IMG/VR virus record: IMGVR_UViG_3300031518_000001
Location: 1-60,585 of that record
Origin: a virus
Lineage: Duplodnaviria; Caudoviricetes
Reading direction: 5' to 3' (one strand)
Length of the DNA: 60,585 bases
Positions 50,401 to 59,442 of this stretch are shown piece by piece. The translations under genes were made by a program, and so were the position numbers. The notes under the pieces were generated by a model, which saw only the letters and a program-made list of their open reading frames with translations, did not search any database and was not told where the DNA came from. How positions within the stretch are numbered: the stretch's first letter is position 1; each line of letters begins with the position of its first letter.

Positions 50401-53400
50401 GCATAACGTCCAATATAAGGCCAGTACCAAGCCTTAAGATTACAGTCAAAAAAGCCATGTTCAATGTTAGGGTTTTGGTAATAACATTCAGCTTGAACGT
50501 TGGCACCTATCAAATCATAAGGCCAAGCAAAAAGATTGCCTATACGGTAAAATACATCATAATTATCGTCAAAAGGTTTAGGAGGCGTAATATAAATTAA
50601 TCGCTTTCTTTTGTTAGGTTCACTAGACCAGCTAATACCAACAGATGTAACTAAAGGATCACTATTATATTCAACAGTACTATAGTTTGTTCTATTGTTC
50701 CCAAACTGAGAAACTAAACTATTTTGTATATTAAGTGAAGGTGTTATTACGTTGTAATAAAAGTTTGAATGATTACTTCCGTAAAATGTTCCCAAGTTGA
50801 TATTGCTTCTATTCCACTTAGGGACGTTACCTAAACTATAATCATATACTATGTGGTAAAATCCTCTATCATATACATTATCAGCGCTATTAGGATGTAA
50901 TGTAGATGTAGGATATATCCTATATCTTGGTAATTCATCTTTCACAAAAACCATTTTAGTAACTACAGGCAATCTGAAACTAAACAGACGCGCAACCATA
51001 TCTTTACCAGGAAACAAAAACTTTTGATTTTCATCTTGGGGACTTATATCCTCAACTCTAAATCTATAAAGTGAATTTTGTATTTCATTAGGAATTGTAC
51101 TGGGTGTATGGCTAAACCCATAATACGATGATGGCAGATATAAACTATTTGGCGTATAGTCGTCTGAGTAGTAGACAGTCTTAGGAACACCGCCGAAATA
51201 GTTAGTATATATAGCAAAGTCCAAGAACGGTGCGAAGGCGTTTAGCGATAAAGCAGATATCGTAAATCGGTGTAGATCTATATAATCCGATAATTTGATA
51301 CCATCTTGTGCCAAAGTTACAGAAAACCTGTTATTTATTTGGTATCTACGATATCTAATAGGATTTGTCAAGTCAACCCTATAGAAAAACACGTTATTAA
51401 AACCTTGATATAGCGTACTTGTGTTTTGTATTAGGTCTTGTCTAGGTTCAGCATTTAATCCCGCCGACCACTTATTCCATGCGTAATCAGTAATAAATCC
51501 AACGTACTCCATATGCCAAAAACCAGAAAAAGGATTAGGCCCTACATTGATAAAATTCCCGATAACTATATCACGCTCATCATTATGCGCGATGACGCCT
51601 CTTGGATTGTCATTTAGAACGTCTGCGTCGGCTCGTTCAGCAGTTAAGTTATCCGTAAACATGAATAGGACATTCTTGGGATTATAAGGGTTATCATACA
51701 CTATCATAGGTTCATCAAATCTTTCAAACTCATGAAGCATTACATTGCCTAGACCTTTATTATTATACATACTAAGTCCGCCGGTCGTGCTGACATCACT
51801 TGTATTAGCATCGCTTCTGCCATATCTCAACGCGTCACTAAATTGGCTATATTGAAGCGTCTGAGCTGGCAAGTCTATCTCAAAGATAAGCCTTTGATAA
51901 TATGTCGAGAACTCGTCGGGATTAGTCAACCTCGGTAAATTATAAACTACATTAGTACCATCTAAGTAATCAAATCTATTTGACATTAAACTTATATGCT
52001 CAGCTTTTCTAATATTTGGCGTAGTGATGCCACTGCCTATTCTATCATAGGAAATGTAATTTATGTCTGACCTCATTGTTATGTAGTCTCTTTGTCTTTT
52101 TAATAAATCGGTATTTTCTATTATGCCATAAGATATCGGGTGTTCTGGGACGATGTTTATCTTGCCTTTATATGTATTGACTTCAATGTTTTTGCCGACT
52201 GCTTTGGTAAAGGCATCTTCTGTCTTGAATTTTACATAGAGGGCTTCGCTCCACCCGAAGGCTGTAGTTTCGTAATCATAGTCGTCTGGTACTATAATCT
52301 CAATGTCCTGTTCGTCTCTATCATATGGATAAGTTGTTCTATCACAGAAATCCAACTCGTTATTTTTTACACGACAAACATCTCCAAAGCAATTGATAAT
52401 ACTAGCTTCGTTAACAATATAGTAGGCACTACCAGCGCTAACACCATCTTCAATAGGGTGCATGTAGTCTTTGGAAATATAGTTTTGGCCGATAGCCGAG
52501 TTATTGCTAACTAAATCGGCTAAAACCTTACCACCCACTATGTCTTCAAATTTTTCTAAGTTACTACGTCGTGAAGCGGGAGGTATATTAAATTGAGGAC
52601 TTACTAAGTCAATCAAACTATGTCTTGTCCTACCCGCCCCTTTTAGTGTTCTAGGTACTATAGGTTCTATAAACTGTGTTTTTGTGCGCAAATAGACTTT
52701 ATTGTCATGATAAACAGCCACAAAATCATTATTCAGACTCTCAGCAACGATTTCGTCATTTACTTTGTAAAGCCTGATAACTACAACAAAATCTTTTGTA
52801 TTTCTATAATCTAAAACATGATATGGTCTTCTTCCTGAGTAAGTTTTTTCTTCGTATTGTATTATACCAGACAAGTAATAGGCTGGGTTAGGAGTTACAC
52901 GGCTAGGGTAATAATAAGCCATGATTGGTCTAGGCCACATTCTGGGATGCGAAAATGCCCATGCCTGTGGCTGTCGCACCTCACCAGTAGAAACAGCTGG
53001 GAACAATATATTATGAAAGTTCCACGGACCTATAAGCTCGTATTTCTCATATATAGCATTATAAAAATTTTGCCTATTCTGATCATTAAAACTAGCATTA
53101 AAAGGCACGGGATTGGGAAGATTAGTAGAAGGCAAAACGCCAGAGTTCATTAAGTTACGAATGTAATCTCTATCTTTCTCATGTACCATAACATATGCTC
53201 CTAGAGGATTGTAAGTTATATACATGGGCGTTAATAAATCAGTCTGATAGTAACTGTTTTTAACTACTATGTCATCATATATTTTATAGTAAGCCAAATG
53301 TCGCCTCGCTACATCATTATTCACATTATTATCATTAGAGAGAATAACAACATTCATACCTAACAATGGTCTAACCCTGACATTAGGGAAAAATATTCTA

Positions 53401-56400
53401 TTGGTCAACGCTATAGTACGTAATACGCTATAAGCAAAAAACCTACGCCTGATATGATCGCGGTGGCTGTAATTTGAGCCATCAAAATAAGGGCCTGTCC
53501 AAGATAAAATAAAATGGCCGTTCATATAATAGCTTCTAAAGTCGTCAAAAGTTGACCATAGTTTATCACCGCCATAATGAACAATATTGTTATAGCTAAA
53601 CATAAGATTAGTTAAGCCGTTCATTGTTATGACATATCCCTGTTCGTTTGGTGGCAAGTTGGGAGTACTTACGTTGTTTAACATATCCCTTATTATGTTA
53701 TGCCGTATCTCGGAAGTTAAAAAAACTGAGCCAGCATCCATGTAAAATGGGTTGAAGTCAGTGCCATGAAGTGGATTATTAGGATCATACAATATTCTAC
53801 CGTAATTACTACGAGTCAGCTCAGAATCTGGAATCACTAAGTATCTAATAGTCCTATCTTCATAAGCATTGTTCAACTCTATAAGTTTATTAATGCGTTC
53901 TATAGCTATGAAACTTCCACCAACGTCTACGAAAAAATAACCTAAAAGACTGTTATAGTAACCATATCCCATTAAAGTATCTAACTCATTAGCCGATGTG
54001 CTATTAGGATTATTTATTTTATACCCATTATTATCTTGTAAACTTTCTGTGACATTATCATTGGGTGATATATCACGGTAGATATTAAATGCCTTTAAGT
54101 GCGGCTTTATATCAAATCTTGGCAATATCGTGTTAACATCTCGGAAAGGATATAGAGGCAAATAAGGTGCAAAAAACTCATAACGAGCAACTGTATAGAC
54201 ATCACGCAGTGCATCGCTTGTAAATTTATGGGTACTTATACTTCTAATAGGACCAGGTAACTTAAGATTATACATATAATCTGGTGGTACTATGTACAAG
54301 TAAGTAAGCTCTGTGTCGACAGTATTCATATTACTATTAGTCAAATTTATACTTTGTGGTGCTTTCAGCCAGTATCCTCTTCTGTCGGTCAAGACAACAA
54401 AAAACAATGGCGACAAATGATTATATGTAAATAGTGGTAATCTATATGTGTTACTAATAGTGTCGTCATCTACGACTAGTCTCATCTCAGGTATCGGGTT
54501 TATATCGTTGTGGAAATAGGCAAAACGGTATTCGTAGCCTAAGCCGTACCTGCTGGCCTCTGCACCCGATTCTGGTGCATAGGACAGCATACTATCAAAC
54601 GATTGCCAACACCATGGTATTGTAGGCGAGGAATCAGGATAGTCAGGTACAGCTAATGTATAACTCATTAAAGCTAAAGCTATAGCTCTATATTGGAAAA
54701 ACTTTTCAGCAGAATCGGAACCAATATAATTACCCTTAAAAGAACCGCTATAAATATTCATTCGCCATAACCTTCTAGGTGTTCCTGCAACATTTGAGTC
54801 AACATTTACCCTTACGGGCGCATTAGTAATACCAAAAGGTTGCACATTGGGTATTACACGCCGCAAACGAATATCTAGACTATCATCGTTCGTAGGCATA
54901 GTTAAATCGCTAAAACCCAGCTCTGTCGCAACTCCAGGTTCTATAATCTTCCTGAAATAAACGTTACTCCATAATAATCCTCTAATATTAGTAGGTGAAG
55001 TAGCAAACAAGTAATTGTCTCGTATCTGATTTTCGTTTGAAAAAGCTGAATGCAAACCAGAATAGTTAACCCAATTGCAAAAGTTCTGAAGTATAGCGTC
55101 TCTAGTCCTATTGTTTATAATCTGCTTTCCATTAAAAAATGACGAAATTGAATTAGTTGTATCTATTTCTCGCCTTATAGTTTGAACAGCTCTTACTGCT
55201 AAAAAGGCCATCTGTCTATTAAATGGTGGTAGCATGGTATGATAGTCCGACAAAGCTGTGAAATAGGCATAACTATGCGCCATACTAGCAAATCCAATAG
55301 GCTGATTAATATGATAATAACTATTAGCCTGAGCATAAGCCCTCAAAACTGTATTGTTCCTACGCTCGTTCTCTTGTATCCCAAAGGGTATCCTAAAGTG
55401 AAAGTTATATTGTCTGGGAGTTAAAGTATATCTACTAAATGTAGGCGGTTTCAACAATATGGCCTTCTTTTCATTTTCTACAAAGCAATACGAATCTATA
55501 AGATAAATAGGATAAAATTCTTGATACATCGGCATAAGTCCAGTCGGAATAATCGTGGTTTTGTGATAGTCAAAATCCTTACCGCTTATGTTAAGTTTAT
55601 TTTCCATGTAGACTTTTGGATTTTCTAGTCCGAAATGTACAGCGTCTTGTGAGGCATAAAAATGCATCATCGCCGCAGAAGCATAACCAGAAACAATGTA
55701 TTCAGATGTGTAATAAGGCGTAAAATAAGTTCCATAACGATATTTAGAATCAGGTTGATACTTCAAAGTCATACCATAACTGAAAGAACCACCAAAACCT
55801 GCATGTTTAAATAATAATAATGAGTTTTCATCGATCCCTAAATTATACATAAAAGTATACTTAAAGAAATCGTAATTATTACCGCCTATTGTAACCCAAT
55901 TAGAACCATTATAATACACAGGGTAGAAGTAACCGTAAGTCTTCATGTTATTGAATGCTTTATTATTCAGCAACGGGTCCAGATTTCCACTATATTCATG
56001 ATTAAAGTTGCGCGCATTATTATGATGATCTAGTTGAAACGATTCATAGTAAAATACAGTAGGCACATAAAAATATGGATACATATACCTTTTATAGTTA
56101 CCACCTGATATATTTTCTGTTTTTGTAGGCATGCTGCTGTACAATAAATCCATAAAAACCCTTTTGTAATTATCTTCATTAATTGAACCAAATGGTATAT
56201 GTTCCGCTGCTCTAAGAATTTTGACTCTTGTAACATTGTAGTCATAAAATGTTATACCATCTAAAGTACCTTCCTTAATCAACTTATGAAATGCAAAAGC
56301 TCTTTTACTCTCGTCTGGTATGAAAGGTATGTTTAATGTACCTGATTTAACGTGTTTGGTTCTTGTATTAGATAAGTAACTATCTATACACAAGTTGTCT

Positions 56401-57116
56401 GTGAACCAGTAACTAGTAGCGCTTAGCCCATATGTATTAAGCTCGCTTGTGTTAAAGTAATGATCCGGTTCGCTGGATGAGTAATCAAAAGCATAATACT
56501 CGTACTGGTTCGTTAGATCATAACTATGCAGAAAAGCATCAAGAGCACTAGGATTACCAGGGCCAACATTGTAAGTATCAACTACCAGCTTCTGACGCCA
56601 TATAGAAAATTCATAGGTTTTAGAGTCATTAGCCAACTCACTGTAACTATAACTCCTCCTGAATCTATTAGAATACTCCCCTTTTATTACCAAAAATGCA
56701 TTATTTAGTTGTTCTGTAACAAGTTTGCCAGAATTGATATACCTGCTTACGTCAACACACAGGTACTTACCATCAGACAGTGACCTAAGCTGATCCTCAG
56801 TTGGGTTATCAAAGTCTATTTCATGACTTTTAGTTAGTACCCCGTCTTTCTTACTATTAATGTAATCATTGACAAGAGACTTGACTTTACCGACCAATTC
56901 TACTATGTTAGCGTCAAACTGATCTGAGAACTCATTGCTTGCATTTAGACCAGTACCATCATACTTGCGATTTTGCAATCTGTTCCACAACAGCAATATC
57001 TGTCTTGTAGGTACAAATGAGATAGGTGCTAAAAGAAATACATCATGCGGCTCGATAAATAACAATAAGAACGATAGTAATATGAATAGTACTACTAATT
57101 CAAGTGCTTTTCTCAT
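44454..57116 (-). CDS. Giant 4220-aa protein of unknown function (probably virion-associated)
   Basis: Uninterrupted 12.7-kb ORF, Y/N/F/P-rich, hydrophobic N-terminus, Gly-rich C-terminal linker. Confidence 0.85.
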   Translation of the reverse strand: MRKALELVVLFILLSFLLLFIEPHDVFLLAPISFVPTRQILLLWNRLQNRKYDGTGLNASNEFSDQFDANIVELVGKVKSLVNDYINSKKDGVLTKSHEIDFDNPTEDQLRSLSDGKYLCVDVSRYINSGKLVTEQLNNAFLVIKGEYSNRFRRSYSYSELANDSKTYEFSIWRQKLVVDTYNVGPGNPSALDAFLHSYDLTNQYEYYAFDYSSSEPDHYFNTSELNTYGLSATSYWFTDNLCIDSYLSNTRTKHVKSGTLNIPFIPDESKRAFAFHKLIKEGTLDGITFYDYNVTRVKILRAAEHIPFGSINEDNYKRVFMDLLYSSMPTKTENISGGNYKRYMYPYFYVPTVFYYESFQLDHHNNARNFNHEYSGNLDPLLNNKAFNNMKTYGYFYPVYYNGSNWVTIGGNNYDFFKYTFMYNLGIDENSLLLFKHAGFGGSFSYGMTLKYQPDSKYRYGTYFTPYYTSEYIVSGYASAAMMHFYASQDAVHFGLENPKVYMENKLNISGKDFDYHKTTIIPTGLMPMYQEFYPIYLIDSYCFVENEKKAILLKPPTFSRYTLTPRQYNFHFRIPFGIQENERRNNTVLRAYAQANSYYHINQPIGFASMAHSYAYFTALSDYHTMLPPFNRQMAFLAVRAVQTIRREIDTTNSISSFFNGKQIINNRTRDAILQNFCNWVNYSGLHSAFSNENQIRDNYLFATSPTNIRGLLWSNVYFRKIIEPGVATELGFSDLTMPTNDDSLDIRLRRVIPNVQPFGITNAPVRVNVDSNVAGTPRRLWRMNIYSGSFKGNYIGSDSAEKFFQYRAIALALMSYTLAVPDYPDSSPTIPWCWQSFDSMLSYAPESGAEASRYGLGYEYRFAYFHNDINPIPEMRLVVDDDTISNTYRLPLFTYNHLSPLFFVVLTDRRGYWLKAPQSINLTNSNMNTVDTELTYLYIVPPDYMYNLKLPGPIRSISTHKFTSDALRDVYTVARYEFFAPYLPLYPFRDVNTILPRFDIKPHLKAFNIYRDISPNDNVTESLQDNNGYKINNPNSTSANELDTLMGYGYYNSLLGYFFVDVGGSFIAIERINKLIELNNAYEDRTIRYLVIPDSELTRSNYGRILYDPNNPLHGTDFNPFYMDAGSVFLTSEIRHNIIRDMLNNVSTPNLPPNEQGYVITMNGLTNLMFSYNNIVHYGGDKLWSTFDDFRSYYMNGHFILSWTGPYFDGSNYSHRDHIRRRFFAYSVLRTIALTNRIFFPNVRVRPLLGMNVVILSNDNNVNNDVARRHLAYYKIYDDIVVKNSYYQTDLLTPMYITYNPLGAYVMVHEKDRDYIRNLMNSGVLPSTNLPNPVPFNASFNDQNRQNFYNAIYEKYELIGPWNFHNILFPAVSTGEVRQPQAWAFSHPRMWPRPIMAYYYPSRVTPNPAYYLSGIIQYEEKTYSGRRPYHVLDYRNTKDFVVVIRLYKVNDEIVAESLNNDFVAVYHDNKVYLRTKTQFIEPIVPRTLKGAGRTRHSLIDLVSPQFNIPPASRRSNLEKFEDIVGGKVLADLVSNNSAIGQNYISKDYMHPIEDGVSAGSAYYIVNEASIINCFGDVCRVKNNELDFCDRTTYPYDRDEQDIEIIVPDDYDYETTAFGWSEALYVKFKTEDAFTKAVGKNIEVNTYKGKINIVPEHPISYGIIENTDLLKRQRDYITMRSDINYISYDRIGSGITTPNIRKAEHISLMSNRFDYLDGTNVVYNLPRLTNPDEFSTYYQRLIFEIDLPAQTLQYSQFSDALRYGRSDANTSDVSTTGGLSMYNNKGLGNVMLHEFERFDEPMIVYDNPYNPKNVLFMFTDNLTAERADADVLNDNPRGVIAHNDERDIVIGNFINVGPNPFSGFWHMEYVGFITDYAWNKWSAGLNAEPRQDLIQNTSTLYQGFNNVFFYRVDLTNPIRYRRYQINNRFSVTLAQDGIKLSDYIDLHRFTISALSLNAFAPFLDFAIYTNYFGGVPKTVYYSDDYTPNSLYLPSSYYGFSHTPSTIPNEIQNSLYRFRVEDISPQDENQKFLFPGKDMVARLFSFRLPVVTKMVFVKDELPRYRIYPTSTLHPNSADNVYDRGFYHIVYDYSLGNVPKWNRSNINLGTFYGSNHSNFYYNVITPSLNIQNSLVSQFGNNRTNYSTVEYNSDPLVTSVGISWSSEPNKRKRLIYITPPKPFDDNYDVFYRIGNLFAWPYDLIGANVQAECYYQNPNIEHGFFDCNLKAWYWPYIGRYAENLMHLNAQRAAFSPFIGYGYWMRYSDKQNIITPIMAFRFITHFGLGNLLQLLVRFSVNSEYGYSYGRVVCPYKDFIAYERPYGSHIANGGFDNRLMINKYTRVFPNNTNPTRLSVNSDVYGTNVFDKMVLKTSAAIEIPQSLIYNMLISNFHPPVPLFAVHKVYKEHKVPESSIVVQNVNLSRKSYGRWLSDEFLYINNYVCFDVPPYGTPLGGSFYLQQYMLSNVPIYFYYEEKDMTNTLFSKVHFNQELALKHFIPPELYYLVAYPVLLTNSEVENPNLEYQYEPFYMSVAKLNLVYVGTQKFYPLVSYGIPYVRVFYPFTDLGAEYNEKSVGETLTPDVLKNSKTLYKYPLENFGYKNRGMPMYSIYIDGQYDFNHSNSNVNGNMAMSLSAMLSHLKKDDVDYGNPNYSPDLNNLSNTLYRAWTYYDVTMVDRDISFMTFLENNRSALAMAGAMNFLAGTSPYLKTSELVLGKLYEYYRTDTMAYDMLMFYFHAHDEEHTSYRLDRIGVLGHPKDQNTKVTSNFLSLLAYSPNTINNIEKLNNTGNIYTMQYYNLSGSYSSTKMLLERDVAKRPIYAHFGIMSDYALNQLTNNTNNIRFHFHMTSRLIYEDLLLQSYHYRSYVPLPNEGIYIPKNQIEFNLMLNQSVSAKALFFVGNPYYIRSELANKINIYFVYNNYKVLSQFYRRVRRYRYRVKMPMIDKLRVSVGVMPLGYNATHAYSVGPAGAVGARNYSQYTDRQFGEYYLPARETTNLLSDSTNFSRNIQVEVNNLTIGTSNTLPYANYIQSPRSLFHTTTSIKRNERVILWARNPYLIDVLTIYPKPLVIDPVYIYQKEALGCASLYMNDYLAYVPYGAIDIYSPSWVNINNTNPLVYPDRHTGVGSAGLGSFIDTTRWPNAVIDNWFVGDLVITATKDPRYSTYQIQNTNPSVSIFSLPVGRSFAEGAVVEACGLSYDKWSYHNWAIGFWYDDAVIGTQHLPVPRRWLNHMVMYTNTLPMLTQIYELRYPRNIRGQDYTRRLLQLHNPQTFFLSMYGNPTHTMLYLSHVLGSSAYNNKVVHELRFDVDLIDNPSDTITYKKHWPHMQHTEVNMREENVNIKKFLISPHHYYTIKALLEPKYYDLYELNAQTLFNYDRYDKSTSWLDFGSLYAILVMLGLLSDNINQVQSLYWTKRDLIFTTTYNMIDHAYSASNPFVRSASFYDIRVVNGNFSGAVAPFEWLGGLYFVLNSSNYVINHNVSAPMADSLFVQPQILRSEATYVPVFYTFNTSLSTRRLSLYRTAIFASDIEPTPIFQNKGLSTFFNNAHHVTQQSDIQIANSIFTNSTYNINPDNVIVSNRMQTPFNDVYKRSFTFDMFYNTSPNAGLRFKFNVPNSELFYTEFNGFGRFEYNTAYGDFLVRNPLPFSIVNFSNYWPITKSTNAIGFRSMSAIKLLGDDINMLFRFPREMDIDLWSDDNILDNLLALSVVPLFIENYSMWRGHRYWDFCIAVDAFSQMSYIDVAGQPDQSCQLGNHNILGVTSSGLVPRAFNMTYNTKRYNIWNYTHRIDYSWYSWLDWSSDWSVARSYMAMFRTPRDYRGIKQPVLRANTISHYMYDPLYLDTGRVFIRPKLYENGKIYSSNPQSYETTSNVNLFVIADAIYMASPGRLTVNASGDRQWSNDLYSFDHLGKSLDNPVPEFYYMDSGASIGNSAFCNDTIPYGYRAGSNVFMRPYGGYDQAIIKQGTGASVANFYHLVEAEPSMTRLWSIQCGLNTAPLTRTGDELTHEYGVPVSNNHMITSHGLHYEATIVDYFLGNMFLYREDGNSLYEGHPLPHPNFIIFGKSDNIYKFLGNPVPEVTYSAPPMSYTIEIGLRLYTALRTNDGTVDKAQYQDITIRPYQKHLSFSTDTSAQLTHTYSYEHLLQNSCFAQHAFPAMVRNKHDIDYHHQAEYVFSNGGIFANIASSYMKAVAQNPPSGGGSGPSGGGGSGDGEYVGVQF

Positions 57117-57634
57117 AGGTTATTTTTGATATAACTTTTGATACCTCTCACCATAGCAATTATAAGAAAGATTACAACGAATACTATGAACGCTATAGTA
57201 ATAAAGTCATCATAAAACTTATTTTTATCAAAAGATTTATTCGGTTCTGCGTATTTTGTCACGTACACTATTTTTTCTCTTATTATTGTATCTGTAACAC
57301 AATCGCCTTTGACATATACTGTATCGTTCTGTCTAATGATTCTAATTTGCATTCTGTCGTTTTTGATTTGTATTGTATCTGATTTTTTCAAGGTGTCTAT
57401 ACGAATTATGGTATCTAGTTTTATGCTATCACGGATTATTGTTAGTGTTTCAGAGCTATCGTAGGGTATTTCGGGGAGCTTATATGTATTTACTAAATAA
57501 CTGTACACGAATTCTGGGCTGGTCAGTTCAACAGCTTTGCTGATTTTTTTGACTGCTCGTTTTTCTCCACTGCAGGAAAGTAATAAGGTTGTCAATAATA
57601 CGATGAGTGCGGTTTTGATTCGAGATAGCCACAT
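57113..57634 (-). CDS. Putative unimolecular spanin
   Basis: Lipobox LLLSC, DT-rich beta segments and C-terminal transmembrane helix; GTATATTT at 57644-57651. Confidence 0.65.
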   Translation of the reverse strand: MWLSRIKTALIVLLTTLLLSCSGEKRAVKKISKAVELTSPEFVYSYLVNTYKLPEIPYDSSETLTIIRDSIKLDTIIRIDTLKKSDTIQIKNDRMQIRIIRQNDTVYVKGDCVTDTIIREKIVYVTKYAEPNKSFDKNKFYDDFITIAFIVFVVIFLIIAMVRGIKSYIKNNL

Positions 57635-57682
57635 AGTTAGTGTAAATATACGAAAATAAGGAGTTTCGATGCGTGGCTGATC

Positions 57683-58897
57683 ATGGCATTCACAGTAAGA
57701 GCAGGCGACATCAAGCGTATCGTAAAAGCTATTGCACAAAGCGGCGGAGACCGCAGAGCACTAATGCCCGATATTCTACAAAACTACATGAGCATAAAGC
57801 AAGATAGCGAGACGGGCATTTTGGAAGCAAGAACTGGAAACGTATATATCACAAGTCGTCTATCGGTACTACCGATACCCAACGGAGGCGAACTACAAGT
57901 CTTAGCACCTAAAAAAGCCCTCAAAGACCTTATCAGTACATATAACGACGATAGTATTCTAACTTTCAGACACGTTAAAAACAATGATACGAACGAAAGT
58001 CATGCACAAGCAGAACAATATAACGGTCAGCTTTTGATACAATCTAACGATACATCCAAGTATAGTATAAAATGCGGCTTCCCAGAGGAGTGGAGCGGGC
58101 TAGACACAAAAGCAGATGGTGAGAATCTGGAATTCTTTATACCATCTCCTTTACTTATTTCAGGTATACAAAAGGTTGCTTTCGCTGCCGCAAAAGAGGA
58201 TCCCAGGGAGAGTCTAAACGGAATCAACTTTAATATTAGCGGTAACAAAATACGACTTATTGGAACCGACGCCGTAACATTGGCCATGTGTGTCATAGAC
58301 TATACAGATACAGCTATACCTAATTCTGTGTCTTTTACATTGCCTAATGACACCGTAGAGACTATAAAAAACTTCTTTAGCGCTAAGGAGCAAAATCCAA
58401 TCAAGATAATATTAATCTACGACAAAGACGAACAGCTTAGAATAGTGGGTTTATCGGACGACAAAAATTCTGTTTATAGCTATGTTATAAACTATCCGTT
58501 CCCTTCTGTGGATGGTATAATAAAGCCAGAAAGTGAATATAATATACTGGTTGTAAATAAAATGAAAATAATAGAAGTGATTAAAAGGTTTCAAAAGATA
58601 TCTGATAGTAAAGAACAGACTTTTAGAATCAACATCAAAGACAATACGATGACATTGATACAAAATTCTTATAGTTTTGGTGAAGGTAGGGAGGTTATCG
58701 AGATAGAAGGGTGGTCAGGTGGTGAAATGGACTTAGCATTGTCCGTTAATAGGATTTCTGAGATACTTAGCAATATTACGAGTGCTGAGGACATTAGGAT
58801 TGGAATACAATCTCCTAATCGTCCTATAGCCTTTTTCTACGAGGATGAGGATAACCGCTCGCATGTACAAATACTTGTAATGCCGGTAGTCCAATGA
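57683..58897 (+). CDS. dnaN: DNA polymerase III beta sliding clamp
   Basis: KVAFAAAKEDPRESLNGI, GTDAVTLA, YPFP, C-terminal LVMPV; TTTCGAT-N12-ATG. Confidence 0.9.
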   Translation: MAFTVRAGDIKRIVKAIAQSGGDRRALMPDILQNYMSIKQDSETGILEARTGNVYITSRLSVLPIPNGGELQVLAPKKALKDLISTYNDDSILTFRHVKNNDTNESHAQAEQYNGQLLIQSNDTSKYSIKCGFPEEWSGLDTKADGENLEFFIPSPLLISGIQKVAFAAAKEDPRESLNGINFNISGNKIRLIGTDAVTLAMCVIDYTDTAIPNSVSFTLPNDTVETIKNFFSAKEQNPIKIILIYDKDEQLRIVGLSDDKNSVYSYVINYPFPSVDGIIKPESEYNILVVNKMKIIEVIKRFQKISDSKEQTFRINIKDNTMTLIQNSYSFGEGREVIEIEGWSGGEMDLALSVNRISEILSNITSAEDIRIGIQSPNRPIAFFYEDEDNRSHVQILVMPVVQ

Positions 58898-59439
58898 GTG
58901 TAATGATACTGAAAGGCACAGTAACCTCTATAGTAGATGGTGATAAAAGGATTATAACGGCCACATCCGACTATGGGCACGGCACATTCACAGGCACACT
59001 CCTATTCACACCACATAACATAGAAGTAGAAGATAAGGTAATAATACTAATACCAGCTAATATCGCAATAACAAACGCCTACTTCATCCCACTATCCGAC
59101 AAAACAGAACACGGACTGGACAAAATAAAACTACACTTCACACCAGAAAGCACAATCGATATCACAGAAAATGATATAACTATAAAACATAAGGATGCCC
59201 TAATAAACATGACAGAAGAGGGGATAGAAATGTCTTACAAACAAAATACCTTTATCAAATTCACAGAAGATAAGGCGGATTACGAGAGTAAGGAGATTAA
59301 CATAGTAGCTGGACAGAAAATATATGTGCCTGGACTTCCAGATACCAGTAATGCGGAACCTAAGGGTGGCTTTTCCAGAATCCCTTACTGCCCTTTCACG
59401 GGAGTCGTGCATACGACTGATACGATGACTAATACTTAG
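58894..59439 (+). CDS. Baseplate spike protein (gpV/gp5-like)
   Basis: N-terminal OB-like segment, short beta repeats, C-terminal CPFTGVVH. Confidence 0.6.
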   Translation: MSVMILKGTVTSIVDGDKRIITATSDYGHGTFTGTLLFTPHNIEVEDKVIILIPANIAITNAYFIPLSDKTEHGLDKIKLHFTPESTIDITENDITIKHKDALINMTEEGIEMSYKQNTFIKFTEDKADYESKEINIVAGQKIYVPGLPDTSNAEPKGGFSRIPYCPFTGVVHTTDTMTNT

Positions 59440-59442
59440 TAG

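Noticed and set aside
44454-57116. Giant ORF as virion RNA polymerase or tape measure protein
   Set aside because: No convincing DxDxD or T7-type polymerase motif seen, and the composition is not helical or coiled-coil.
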